Shown: positions 41,399 through 54,584 of the stretch, piece by piece
Numbering within the stretch: the first letter of the stretch is position 1
Layout of the letters: the number at the start of each line of letters is the position of its first letter
Assembly: GCA_951406725.2 (NCBI GenBank)
Contig: OX597820.1
Coordinates: 11,532,001 to 11,596,000 of the forward strand
Reading direction: 5' to 3'
Length of the DNA: 64,000 nucleotides
Origin: Octopus vulgaris
Taxonomy: Eukaryota
The notes under the pieces: generated by a model
Database searches by the model: none
Told to the model about the DNA's origin: nothing
What the model saw: only the letters and a program-made list of their open reading frames with translations
Translations under genes and position numbers: made by a program

Positions 41399-42656
41399 TA
41401 AACTCAAAGAGCAACTAGAAAGTGAAAGTAGTTTCTAACTTAGGATGTCTCATAGATAGTGGTGGCAATTGTGTTGGAGGTGGTAGATGTGGTTATCATG
41501 GCAGTGGTGGTGTAGTGGTGACAGTGGATGTGTATGATGGCAGAAATTATAGTGTTGGTGTTTTTGTAGAGGTGGTGGTGGTGGCGGCGGCAGTGGATGA
41601 TGATGATAATGATGATAGTAGTAGTAGCATTGATTATGTTAGGATGTCTCATGGATGGTAGAGTTGAAGACATTGCAGAGTGTAGTGGTGGTGAAATTGG
41701 TGATTTTGAATATGATGCTGGTATTGATCTTGGGGTTGTGGTTGCAGAAGATGGTTGTGGTGGTGGCATTCGAGGTTGTAGTAATGGTTGTAGTGGTGGT
41801 TGTGAAGATGATTCTGATATTGATAGTCTTTGCATTGAGGTGGTGGCAGAGTCAGAGTAAATAATAAGAGCCGAGTTAACACAAGATTCTTAAATTTCGG
41901 AGATCATAAGATAGAGAGCAAGAAGTTAAAAGTTCCAATACTGGCCCAATACCTACACCCCAGATTCTTCAACTATTTTATAAGAAAGGGGTTAATGGCA
42001 GGATAGGGATTCAGCTTTAAAATAAATTGTATAACAAAAAATACATAAATAAATTACTGCTCCAACGATGTAATTTTAGTATGTGTGTATGTATGTATGT
42101 GTGTGTGTGTAAGCAATGCAAACAATGGAAAATAATTTAAACACTCATTTTCTGATGTCTAAGGATGGATATTTATGCGTATGAATCTTTTTCTTTTTAT
42201 TTTCTTTGAAATATAATTCTAGGGAACTGAAAAAGCTGTGTTCGATGCCAATGAGCGGATGTTTACGTTACAAACGAATCTGTAGGTCTGTTTACATGTT
42301 TACGTTAACTACGTCACAAAATAGCTGTTTACGTCAGAGTAACAATATTTTGAGAGGCAGTAAATAATATGAGGTCGAAAGAAAGAATATCATTGGTTAA
42401 AATTCGAATTATTAAACAACGTTAAACTTAGAAATTACAAATCCGTTTTCATTTTGGGTTACAATTATGTTTTCTTTTGACATATTCTACCAGTATACGA
42501 AATTTCAAATTGTTTAGTTAACTAAGAAAATCTGGCCTTCAAACTGAAAAGATCCGAAATCCTTATGTTGAGGAAGGCGCGCGCGCGCGCGTGTGTGTGT
42601 GTGTATGTGTGAAAAGCAATGCAATTAAAGCAATAATGTAAAGTGTCTGAGAGGAA

Positions 42657-42974
42657 CATTATTTACATTATTTACATTCGACGGATATTTGTCCTCATCT
42701 TGTTTGTTGTTAATACAACTTTCGGCTGATATACGCGCCAGCCTTCATCAGGTGTCTTGGGGAAATTTCGAACCTGGGTTCTCATTCCTAACATATTTTT
42801 TGATGTTGTTGTTATTATTATTATTATTATTATTCAGATCACTGTCTGAAATCGAACTCGGAATCTTGGGGTTAGTAGCCCGCGCTCTTAACCACTACGC
42901 CCGTGGCTAGTGGTTAAGAGCGCGGGCTACTAACGCTAAGATTCCAAGTTCGATTCCGGGCAGTGACCTGAATC

Positions 42975-43049
<75 letters not shown>

Positions 43050-43240
43050 TATAATAATAATATCGAAAAATACGTTAGGAATGGGAACCCAGGTTCGAAA
43101 TTTCCCCAAGAGACCTGATGAAGGCTGGAAGGTATATCAGCCGAAACGTTGTGTTAACAACAAGATGAGGACAAATATCCGTCGAATGTAAATAATGTAA
43201 ATAATGTACATAATTCCTCATCTCTTAAATATAGAACTGT
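42657..43240. mobile_element. Head-to-head pair of tRNA-headed SINE family E carrying hammerhead motifs
   Basis: 42657-42900(-) and 42900-43240(+); head tagtggttaagagcgcgggctactaac..agttcgattcc, (AAT)n, then CTGATGA-aggctg..cagcc-GAAA-cgtt-gtgtt. Confidence 0.85.
43110..43155 (+). ncRNA. Minimal type I hammerhead motif in SINE E tail
   Basis: CTGATGA 43115-43121, stem II ggctg/cagcc, GAAA 43143-43146, loopless palindromic stem III ACGT, GUU triplet; stem I gacac/gtgtt in the family consensus. Confidence 0.7.
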
Positions 43241-43660
43241 ATGGTAAGAAGCTTGCTTCCCAATTATGTGGTTCCGGGTTCAGTCTTACTGCGTGACATC
43301 TTGGGCAAGTGTCTTCTATTATAACCTCGAGTGGATTTGGTTGACAGAAACTCAAAGAAACTCATTGTATATATATGTATTGTGTGTCTGTGTGTGTGTG
43401 CGCGCTTGTAGATGTATGTATGAACTATGTGTGTCCCTTTGTTTCTGTGTTTGTCCCCCACCAACGCTTGACAACCGGTATTGGTGTGTTGACGGTCCCC
43501 TAACTTAGCAGTGCGGCAAAAGAGACCGATAAAACATGTACTAGGCTTAAAATAAAAACAAGCCCTGCGGTCGGTTCGTTCGACTAAAAATTTTCAAGGC
43601 AATGCTCCAACACGGCTGCAGTCAAATGACTGAAACACGTACAAGAATAAGAGAAATAAA
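43240..43660 (+). mobile_element. SINE family B (degenerate)
   Basis: Family B consensus. Confidence 0.8.
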
Positions 43661-43869
43661 AATAGAATAGATTATTCGACAAAAGCAACAATGACGGACA
43701 CAAGTTCACGACGTCTCAAAGAAAATAAATACGAAAGAAATTCTTCGTGGGCCACCAAACAAAATGATACGAGTTCCATTCAACGATACCAAAGCAATTA
43801 AGAGACGTTATTGTTGATGTATAACATCGTCCAACCCCTTGTCGAGCGTGTGTCAGAAGCCAGATCTGT

Positions 43870-44525
<656 letters not shown>

Positions 44526-44879
44526 AAGCCAGCACTACTCATTCGCTCAAGTAACTATCAATTAACTCTTTTGATTCACTGGTAATCTGATTCAGCGTTA
44601 GATTGGCACCAAACCAAAAGAACCCAATGCGTTATGATGAGCGTGTGAGCGCGTATGTGAGTGTGTGTGTGTGTGTTTATACGAGTGTGACTGCGTGTGC
44701 TAGTGTGAATGTATGTATGTGAGTGTATTTATATGAGTGTGTATGTGTTTATACGAGTGTGTGTTAGCGTGTGTATAATAGTGTATGTGAGTATATTTGT
44801 GTATAGTGCGTGTGTATGTTAGTGTGTGTGTGTGTTGTGTGTGTGTGTGTGTGTGTCTGTTAGTGTGAATGCGTGCGTA

Positions 44880-45220
44880 ATCTTTTCTACTCTAGACACA
44901 GAACCCGAAATTTTGGGGGAGGGAGCGCAGACGATTAGATCGACCCCAGTGCGTAACTGGTACTTAATTTATCGACCGCGAAAGGATGAAAGGCAAGGTC
45001 GACCTCGGCGGAATTTGAACTCAGAATGTAAAGACAGACGAAATACCTATTTCTTTACTACCCACAAGGGGCTAAACACAGAGAGGACAAACAAACGGAT
45101 TAAGTCGATTACATCAACCCCAGTCCGTAAATGGTACTTAATTTATCGACCCCGAAAGGATGAAAGGCAAAGTCAACCTCGGCGGAATTTGAACTCAGAA
45201 CGTAGCGGCAAACGAAATAC
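44880..45220 (-). mobile_element. SINE family A, tandem units
   Basis: Two atcgacc.cgaaaggatgaaaggcaa blocks. Confidence 0.9.
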
Positions 45221-45820
45221 ATAATAGTGTGTGTATGAGGGTGTATGTGAGAGTATGTTAATGTGTGTATGCGTGCGCCAGTGTGTATGTGGCATGTGTG
45301 TGTGCGTGGGTATGTTAGCGTGCGTGTGTATGTGACTGTGTGCGTATCTAAGGAAGTGTATATGTGTGTACATGCGCGTGTATGAGTGTTATTGTGTGTG
45401 TATATTTGTGTGTGCGTGTATGTGTGTGTATGAATTAGTCGTGGGGCGCTGGTCCGACGTATTATCGATAATAAGCCGTGACAGGAGCAAAAATTAACCC
45501 GCAAAAGTCGGTGGGCCTGAAGCTCAGCACCTGGAAAAGCACAACATCCAACAACATCATGGAATGCAGGACGGATGGACGGACGGATGGAGCTATTAAC
45601 TACAGGGTGGTCCGAAGGTCTTGTTACCCCCTACATATTGTTTATTATTGTCATTATTATCAGCCTTTTTTTATAACCCCCCCCACACACACACACACAG
45701 GTAATGATTTGGACCGCCATAATACAATACTATAATATCATAATAAATTCATAGCGACCTCCAACCCACTGCCAGGCAGCGGATTGGGTCTGATACACAC
45801 ATTAACACACAAGTAAGAAC

Positions 45821-46270
45821 CTGATAGCACCCTATTTTTTCGAGGGCACTGTTAACCAGCAACCTTACTTGGCCCTGCTAAGGGAGTGGTTTGTTCCACA
45901 GCTCCAGATGTTGAATGTTGTCCTGAGTGATTGTTGGTTCCAACAAGACGGTGCCCGACCGCACTATGCTATCACTGTCCGGGAATACCTAAATAAAGTT
46001 TTTCGGGATAGATGGATAGGGCGAGGATCGCAATAACTTCCAGCACCTGTCGATTGGGCCTCCCAGAAGCCCAGACCTCACGTCTTGCTATAACGCTCTG
46101 TTGGGTATTATCAAGGAGAGAAGTTCACATGAACGATACCAGAATACCCATCAGTTGAAGGACGCCGTTCGGAGAGCCTTTGCACCACGCACTAAAGCAC
46201 AGCCTCGAAAAATATCACACGGGACATGGCGCTGCATCATTTTGTGCCACGAAAATGATGGTTTCACACA
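45821..46270 (+). pseudogene. DD41D/rosa-like transposase catalytic domain fragment (stop and frameshifts)
   Basis: LIAPYFFEGTVN..YLALL..WFQQDGARPHYAITVREYLNKVFRDRWIGRG..W/PPRSPDLTSC..GIIKE. Confidence 0.9.
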
Positions 46271-46344
46271 GACCTTCTCGATGTGTGACAGCGTCAATGA
46301 AAGTGAATAAACTAATTCGAAATCGTGCTTTGGATTACTGTACT

Positions 46345-46505
46345 TGTACATTATTTACATTTGATGGGGATTTGCCCTCATCTTGTTAACACAGCGTTTT
46401 AGCTGATATACCCTCCAGCCTTCTTCAAGTGCCTTGGGGAAATATCGAACCTGGGTTCTCATTCCTAACGAATTTTTCGATATTGTCATTATTATTATTA
46501 TTATC

Positions 46506-46536
<31 letters not shown>

Positions 46537-46830
46537 TCGCTACCTGGAATCGAACTCGGAATCGTGCGGTTAGTAGCCCGCACTCTTAACCACTACGTGG
46601 GCAATTATGGAGTGAATTTTAGGGCTTATAAATCTAATATTTTTCTATCCTTTCTTAATACCGGTTCCCATATACTGCTTATATCTGCACCCGGTCTGCA
46701 TAGGAGGTTGTTGTGTCCTAGCATATGTGCGGCTTCTTTTAGTTTTCGTATTTTCCAGTGGTATAAATGTACAGAATGTAAATAATGTAAATAATGTTCA
46801 TAATTCCTCATCTCTTAAATATAGTTCTGT
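46345..46830. mobile_element. SINE E (-) joined to a (+) segment ending in the family E tail, nested in the Tc1/mariner element
   Basis: 46345-46597 is reverse family E; 46775-46830 aatgtaaataatgtaaataatgt.cataattcctcatctcttaaatatag matches 43186-43233. Confidence 0.8.
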
Positions 46831-46929
46831 ACTACTTGTTCTTCCATTGTTCTCATTATATTTTGGTAGGGGGTAACAAGTCTTTCGGACCACCCTGTAT
46901 ATTTTTCATCTATATTTTGCGACCGAAAA

Positions 46930-47140
46930 CGTTAGTACGCCGGGCGACCTGCGTAGCCGTATTTCGTCTGTCGTTACGTTCCGAGTTCAAATTCCGCCGA
47001 GGTCGACTTTGCCTTTCATCCTTTCGGGGTCGATAAATTAAGTACCAGTTACGCACTGGGGTCGATGTAATCGACTTAATCCCTTTGTCTGTCCTTGTTT
47101 GTCCCCTCTGTGTTTAGCCCCTTGTGGGTAGTAAAGAAAT
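46930..47140 (+). mobile_element. SINE family A
   Basis: Near-consensus copy. Confidence 0.9.
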
Positions 47141-47930
47141 ATATATTTTGCGACCGAACTATCAAATTATTTACTAGTAAATTTTTTTCGATTGTTGATT
47201 GCTTGTATATTTCGTGCAGTTTTCTTTCAGTTCTCTGAGTGCAAGCATGCCGCAGTGTAAGTCCAGGTATTTAAGTTCAGAAACCTTTCGCTGTCCATGT
47301 TTGTACCATCTCACTAAACCGCTAATGACTAACTTGCCGCGGCACAAAGATGTCTAATCTGTTTTCTCAGCTTTGGCTTAAGACTTAGAACTCTGAAGCA
47401 ATCACGTCCCGTGTCACAAACCATCCCAACGGATCCTGTTACCAGGTAATTTCAAGTTGGTTGTTTTGTTTTTTTTTACTTTTCACCTGATAAATATTCT
47501 TTTATTCTTTTCCTTTTATTTATTTCAGTCATTTGACAGCGGCCATGTTGGAGCACCGCCGTTAGTCGAACAAATCAACACCAGGAGTTATTCTTTGTAA
47601 GCCTAGTACTTATTCTATCGGTCTCTTTCGCTGAACTGCTAAGTTACAGAGGTTTAATCCCAGGCAAAGCCGGGTTATACTGCTAGTTCTTGATATTTTT
47701 CATTTTGGCATGAAGATGTTGATATACTGCCTTAGTATGTTGGCTGCCTCGCTATACATGCTGTCGGACTATACAAGCTGTCGGACGGCTTTTCGGTAAT
47801 AATCTATATCAGAGGTTCTCAAACGTTTTGGGCCACCGTCACCCCCTCATGGCCACATAATATCCTCAGCACAACCCTCCACTATTTTTATGTATAAATA
47901 AATATTTTATATTTTACTAATTCATATATG

Positions 47931-48180
47931 TGGAGGTGCGTGGCTTAGTGGTTAGGGTGTCAGCATCTTGATCGTAAGATTGTGGTTTCGATTCCTGGAC
48001 CGGGCGTTGCGTTGTGTTCTTGAGCAAAACACTTCATTTCACGTTGCTCCAGTCCACTCAGCTGGCAACAATGAGTAACGCTGCGATGGACTGGCGTCCC
48101 GTCCCGCTGGGGAACACATACGCCATTGAAACCGGGAAACCGGGCCCATGAGCCTGGCTAGGCTTTAAAAGGGCACATTT
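47931..48180 (+). mobile_element. tRNA-derived SINE family D, full length
   Basis: A box tggcttagtgg, B box gtttcgattcc, CORE-like ttcttgagcaaaacactt, (ATT)n tail. Confidence 0.85.
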
Positions 48181-48446
48181 ATTATTATTATTATATTTTT
48201 TTACTTTATATATACTACGAATCATTTGATATTTAATATAATATTATATAATTTGTATACAATACTATAATAATATCATGATAAATTCATAGAGATCTCC
48301 AATCCACTGCCTTCCTCGAAAAGGAAGGCAGTGGATTGGGTCTGATTTAATCTCATCAATTCTGAAAGACATAATAAAGAATGGAGAATTTAAACATCTT
48401 TAATTAAAATCTTTCAGCGTATAAAATTCCGAAACATGTTTATTTT

Positions 48447-48660
48447 TTGTAGTAAAGATTGTTTGCCAACATAACATGGCAGTCCTGCTTTAGGACGAAT
48501 GTTGCTGTAATTTAGCCCCAGGAGACATTGTCTCTAGCTGGCTATACGACACGATCTGTCTCCTGGGGCTAAATTACAGCAACATTCGTCCTAAACCAGG
48601 ACTGCCATATTATCTTGGCAAACAATCTTTACTACAAAGTACTGTTGCTGAATATCTCAT
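48447..48660. mobile_element. Family G element as inverted pair (hairpin with ~85-bp arms)
   Basis: tttgtagtaaagattgtttgccaa..tttagccccaggagaca pairs with tgtctcctggggctaaa..ttggcaaacaatctttactacaaa. Confidence 0.85.
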
Positions 48661-48867
48661 GCTATGAGATTTAAAAATAGTAATTTTCTAATTTATAAAT
48701 GTTTTCATTTATTTATTTATTTATTTATTGTCTAATGTCTTACAATCCTTAAATGTGAAGGTTTTGTGATTCTAATTGATTTCTATTAGAATAAATATAG
48801 TAAAAATTCCAATCCAAAAATTGATATTCTTATACTCAGGCTCCAACAATCGAAAGGAGTATAACCG

Positions 48868-49256
48868 TAATTCTATATTCTAATATATATTCTATATTCT
48901 ATATTCTAATATATATTCTGTATTCTATATTCTATATTCTAATATATATTCTATATTCTATATTCTAATTCTATATTCTAATTCTATATTCTAATTCTAT
49001 ATTCTAATATATATTCTATATTCTATATTCTATATTCTAACATATATTCTGTATTCTGTATTCTGTATTCTATATTCTATATTCTATATTCTAATTCTAT
49101 ATTTTAATTCTATTTTCTAATTCTATATTCTATATTCTAACATATATTCTGTATTCTATATTCTGTATTCTATATTCTATTTTCTAATTCTATATTCTAT
49201 ATTCTATATTCTAATTCTATATTCTAATTCTATATTCTATATTCTATTTTCTAATT
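48868..49256. repeat. ATTCTAT/ATTCTA 6-7-bp compound tandem repeat
   Basis: Direct inspection. Confidence 0.92.
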
Positions 49257-49364
49257 CGCATATTTCCTGTTATTAGAAACGGTTAACTAAATCTGGATCT
49301 TATCAGAGTGCTAATAAGGTATCTACCTCAACATAAAATCTGTGTTCCTTCGTTACACACGCAT

Positions 49365-49403
<39 letters not shown>

Positions 49404-49906
49404 ATTTACCATTGTTTCTTTTTAACGTTTACAAAATATTTAATTGATTAGTTCTTCACTTTCTTTCGCGTTATTTTCAAATATTAAAAGAAATTTCCAG
49501 AATATTTTGTCTCGAACCTATATTTTCGAACTCAACAACAGTTTGCCATTCGTTGTTATATCCTAAGTCCGTTCTTATTATCTTTATTTCTCTGTTGTTG
49601 TTCGACAGGGGGCGTCGTAAACAATTGAAAATGCGCAATATTTTTTTTTTTTGCGCTGCTTTTTTTAAATTTTATTTTAATGTTTGTTTGTTTCTTTCTT
49701 TGGGTCTTTTGTAAGCATTTTGTATTTCTCTTTTAATTTAATTCTCAGTCTGAATGAAATGCACTCAGTCACTGATCATACAACTTGCCCACACACTCAC
49801 CTTATAATTAATTACAAACTTTGATTAAAACGTTCATTTTCTCTCGATCTTAAATCTTCCACTTTCGTACATATTGCCTGCTTCCATTCTTTCTTTTATT
49901 ATTCTC

Positions 49907-49961
<55 letters not shown>

Positions 49962-50132
49962 AGCACTGATACGTAAAAGCAATCCCATAAACGCCCACAT
50001 ATACATTGATATATATGCGTGTGTATATGTCTCTTTTGCTAGTTTCATAGTTACACACAAACATATAGATACATACATACATTCATACATATATATATCT
50101 ACACACAAACACACACACACATATATATATAT

Positions 50133-50668
<536 letters not shown>

Positions 50669-50927
50669 TGATATATACACGTTAAACTTATCCGTACTTC
50701 CGTGTCTTTATTGCACCATATCTATGTACATATGTAGCCATAAGCTCTATTTCAAAGCAATTGCTCACAAATCCTAGAAAAGATGACGCAAGCTCCGGGT
50801 TCCGCATGTGACCCCACTGCACAATTTCTTCAGAAAAGTATATTCTGATATTAGCCGTAGTATGATCGATTCTTTCCTTAAACATTTTGTACATGCACGC
50901 GCGCGCGCACATACATACATGCATACA

Positions 50928-51340
50928 TTATGGCTGCCCCCTCGTTATCGAGTATGGCCATTGCACGAAGCTTAACTGTTACTGGTGCTGTGATCGAATG
51001 TGACTTTTTAGCCCAGCTAAAGATCTACAATGTCTTGTACAAAATTGGCAACTAAAACCTTTACTGGTAATAGCCGGCTGTAGTTGTAACTGGGCTTGAT
51101 GTACCTTTGCATGTCGTTTAAGTCCTCCTGCCGAATTACACTCTCTTCCACATGCCCGACAGATATGATTGGTATGGTGTGTTACACCACCACCACCAGT
51201 GGCCAGGTTGTCACTCATCTGTCTCGTTTTATGACTAAGAAGATGACTCTTGAGTCCAGCTTTACTGAGCCAGGGTCTTGCACAGACATTGCATGTCAGC
51301 ATCATAGGAAGACCCTTCCCTTCTGGAAGCCTTTTCTTAA
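50928..51340 (-). mobile_element. 3' end of a probable RTE-clade LINE encoding three C2H2-type fingers
   Basis: CNVC..SKAGLKSHLLSH, CRAC..SAGGLKRHAKVH, CQFC..SLAGLKSHIRSQH, stop at 50979, short UTR ggccatactcgataacgaggggcagcc then microsatellite tail. Confidence 0.65.
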
Positions 51341-51414
51341 GGCTTAAGGCGGTATCATGCGCGGGGACATAGAAATAATCGGACATGCATACATACATAA
51401 ATACATACATGCTA

Positions 51415-51827
51415 TTTATTTAATGCCCACAAGGGGTTAAACATAGAGTGGACAAGCAAGGACAGGCAAAGGGATTAAGTCGATTATATCGACCCCAGTG
51501 CGTAACTGGTACTTACTTAATCGACCCCGAAAGGATGAAAGGCAAAGTCGACCCGGCGGAATTTGAACTCAGAACGTAACGGCAGACGAAATACCTATTT
51601 CTTTACTACCAACAAGGGGCTACACACAGAGGGGACAAACATGGACAGACAAGTGGATTAAGTCGATTATATCGACCCCATTGCGTAACTGGTATTTATT
51701 TAATCGACCCCCGAAAGAATGAAAGGCAAAGTCGACCTCGGAGGAATTTGAACTCAGAACGTAGCGGCAGACGAAATACCGCTAAGCATTTCGCCCGGCG
51801 TGCTAACGATTCTGCCAGCTCGCCGCC
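51415..51827 (-). mobile_element. SINE family A dimer
   Basis: Full unit plus second headless unit. Confidence 0.9.
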
Positions 51828-51858
<31 letters not shown>

Positions 51859-52069
51859 CATACATACATACATACATACATACATACATACATACATACA
51901 TACATACATGCCTGCATACATACATACGAACATACACACACATACATACATGCATGTATACATACACACATGACCATACATACATATACATAAACAGACA
52001 CATGCATACGTACACACACACGCACATACAAACATGCATACATACATGTATGTGTGTGAGTGTATTCCG

Positions 52070-52512
52070 TTACTTGTTTCAGTCACTTGACTGCGGTCAT
52101 ACTGGAGCACTAGCTTGAGTCAAACAATTCCACCCCAGGACTTATTCTTTGTAAGTCTAGTACTTATTTAATCTGCATCTTTTGCCGAACCGTTAAGTCA
52201 CGAGGATGTAAGAACACCAACATCGGTGTCAAGCGATGGTGGGAAAACAAACACACATACGTACACAGACACGCACGCACACACACATACACACACACAC
52301 GCACGCACACACAGAGTATGTATGCAGGCGCTGGCGTGGCAGCTTGGTAAGAAGTTTGCTTCCCAACCGTATGGTTCCAGGTTCGGTCCCAGTGTGTGGC
52401 ACACTGGACAAGTGCCGTGTACCATGGCCTCGGGCCAAGCAAAGCCTTGTGAGTGAATTTGGTTGACGGAAACTGAAAGAAGGCCGTCGTATATGTGCGT
52501 ATATATACATAC

Positions 52513-52565
<53 letters not shown>

Positions 52566-52588
52566 ATATGTATATATATATGTATATA

Positions 52589-52635
<47 letters not shown>

Positions 52636-52938
52636 GTATATATATATATGTATATATATATGTATATATATATGTATATATATATATGTATATATATATG
52701 TATATATATATATATGTATATATATATGTATATATATATATGTATATATATATATGTATGTATATATGTATGTATATATATATATGTATGTATATATGTA
52801 TGTATATATATATATGTATGTATATATATATGTATGTATATATATATGTATGTATATATATATGTATGTATATATGTATGTATGTATATGTACGCACATA
52901 TACGACGGCCTTCTTTCAGTTTCCGTCAACCAAATATA

Positions 52939-52979
<41 letters not shown>

Positions 52980-53398
52980 GAATGCAGGAGTGGTTGTGTG
53001 GTAAGTAGCTTGCTAACCAACCACATGGTTCCGGGTTCAGTCCCACTGCGTGGCATCTTGGGCAAGTGTCTTCTGCTATAGCCCCGGGCCGACCAATGCC
53101 TTGTAAGTGGATTTGGTAGACGGAAACTTAAAGAAGTCTGTCGTATATATATATATGTGCGTGTGTGTGTGTGTGTGTGTGTGTATGTGTTTGTGTGTGT
53201 GTGTTTGTTCCCCTAGCATGCTTGACAACCGATGCTGGTGTGTTTACGTTCCCGTCATTTAGCAGTTCGGCAAAAGAGACCGATAGAATAAGTACTGGGC
53301 TTACAAAGAATAAGTCCCGGGACCGATTTGCTCGACTAAAGGCGGTGCTCCAGCATGGCCGCAGTCATACGACTGAAACAAGTAAAAGAGTAAAGAGT
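52070..53398. mobile_element. SINE B cluster: 52070-52250(-), 52325-52495(+), 52900-52933(-), 52984-53398(+), with TA/TATG tract 52500-52890
   Basis: Family B consensus; the (-) copy is split around the (+) insert. Confidence 0.85.
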
Positions 53399-53426
53399 AT
53401 ATATATATATATATATATATAAAGCA

Positions 53427-53473
53427 AAAACTGTCCGATGAACGGCAACGGGAAACTCAGAGCAACAGGTTTT
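53427..53473 (+). ncRNA. Degenerate hammerhead-like motif in a short element between (TA)n tracts
   Basis: aaactgt-CCGATGA-acggcaacgg-GAAA-ctcagag-ca-acaggttt. Confidence 0.45.
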
Positions 53474-53570
53474 GTTGAATTTTCTGCTGCTTTAAATAAA
53501 GCATATTACTCTACCACTGGTATTTGAGTACTCTTTTTTCCACCTTGTTTCACATTTATGTGTTTACTCC

Positions 53571-53640
<70 letters not shown>

Positions 53641-53680
53641 TATGTATACATACATAAAATCAGAGGTACATACACATACA

Positions 53681-53732
<52 letters not shown>

Positions 53733-53981
53733 TTTGTGGCAGTCGTTTCTGATTTTCATACTTTGAGATTTCGAGGTAATGATGTACAACATTTTAAAAG
53801 TAGTTGTACTAAAGAAGTCGGAATATGTCAACTTACACAATACGCTCGATACATGTTACATTCTGTGAATACATTAATCCCTCGGCTATCATGAGTCTTA
53901 CGTCCCAGAAACTCCTGTGATAGGTGAAAATCTGCGAAGTAGAAACAATACTGTACCGTTTCACATTTATGTGTTTACTCC

Positions 53982-54044
<63 letters not shown>

Positions 54045-54050
<6 letters not shown>

Positions 54051-54475
54051 TAATATCAAAGGGTAATCAGAAATATTAGAAATTTCCATTACCAGTGGCT
54101 TAGCGTGTAAAAAATTAGTCAATAGATTATATATTATTCACATAAATACAGTGTACACTAAACACATTCCAAACCACTATTAGGGATTAAAATTTCGAAG
54201 GGAATGAAAAATAAAATTTCAGCTTTACGACGCACTTTCAAATTACAATGGTTCTGTTTGCAAAACGAATGCATTTCTAGATTAGAATATAAAAAAATGT
54301 GGATATGAAAGTCATATAGATGTGTGGCGGTAGCTAATACTACAAATGTTTGTATTTTTCATTCCCTTCGAAATTTTATCCCTAATAGTGGTTATGGAAT
54401 TTAACTGTCCTCTCTAGCGAGCAAGAAATCCTATGATGGATGCCTCTGACGTGTATAAATGTACGCTGTATTTAT

Positions 54476-54480
<5 letters not shown>
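54045..54480. mobile_element. (-)/(+) pair of the 1830-2075 family around a fragment related to 55350-55478
   Basis: 54045-54215(-), 54355-54480(+); spacer 54218-54345 is the reverse complement of 55355-55478. Confidence 0.7.
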
Positions 54481-54523
<43 letters not shown>

Positions 54524-54584
54524 GGGAGTATAACTCCAAACTTACAGGGAAAAATTCAATTTAGTATTAAATCAAATTTCACAA

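Larger units (their letters stand above)
23411..42555. mobile_element. ~19.1-kb non-autonomous TIR element (Mutator/Foldback-like) with 265-bp TIRs and 8-bp TSD
   Basis: 23411-23675 vs reverse complement of 42291-42555: 13 mismatches counted, no gaps; GAAATCCT at 23403-23410 and 42556-42563; inner inverted pair 24052-24234 / 41480-41661. Confidence 0.7.
45603..46897 (+). mobile_element. Tc1/mariner DNA transposon (deleted) with 32-bp TIRs and TA TSD
   Basis: ta|cagggtggtccgaaggtcttgttaccccctac ... gtagggggtaacaagtctttcggaccaccctg|ta. Confidence 0.92.

Noticed and set aside
41422-41882. ORFs rich in V/G/D or T/H/I
   Set aside because: Low-complexity trinucleotide-like sequence duplicated at 24.1 kb, no protein motif
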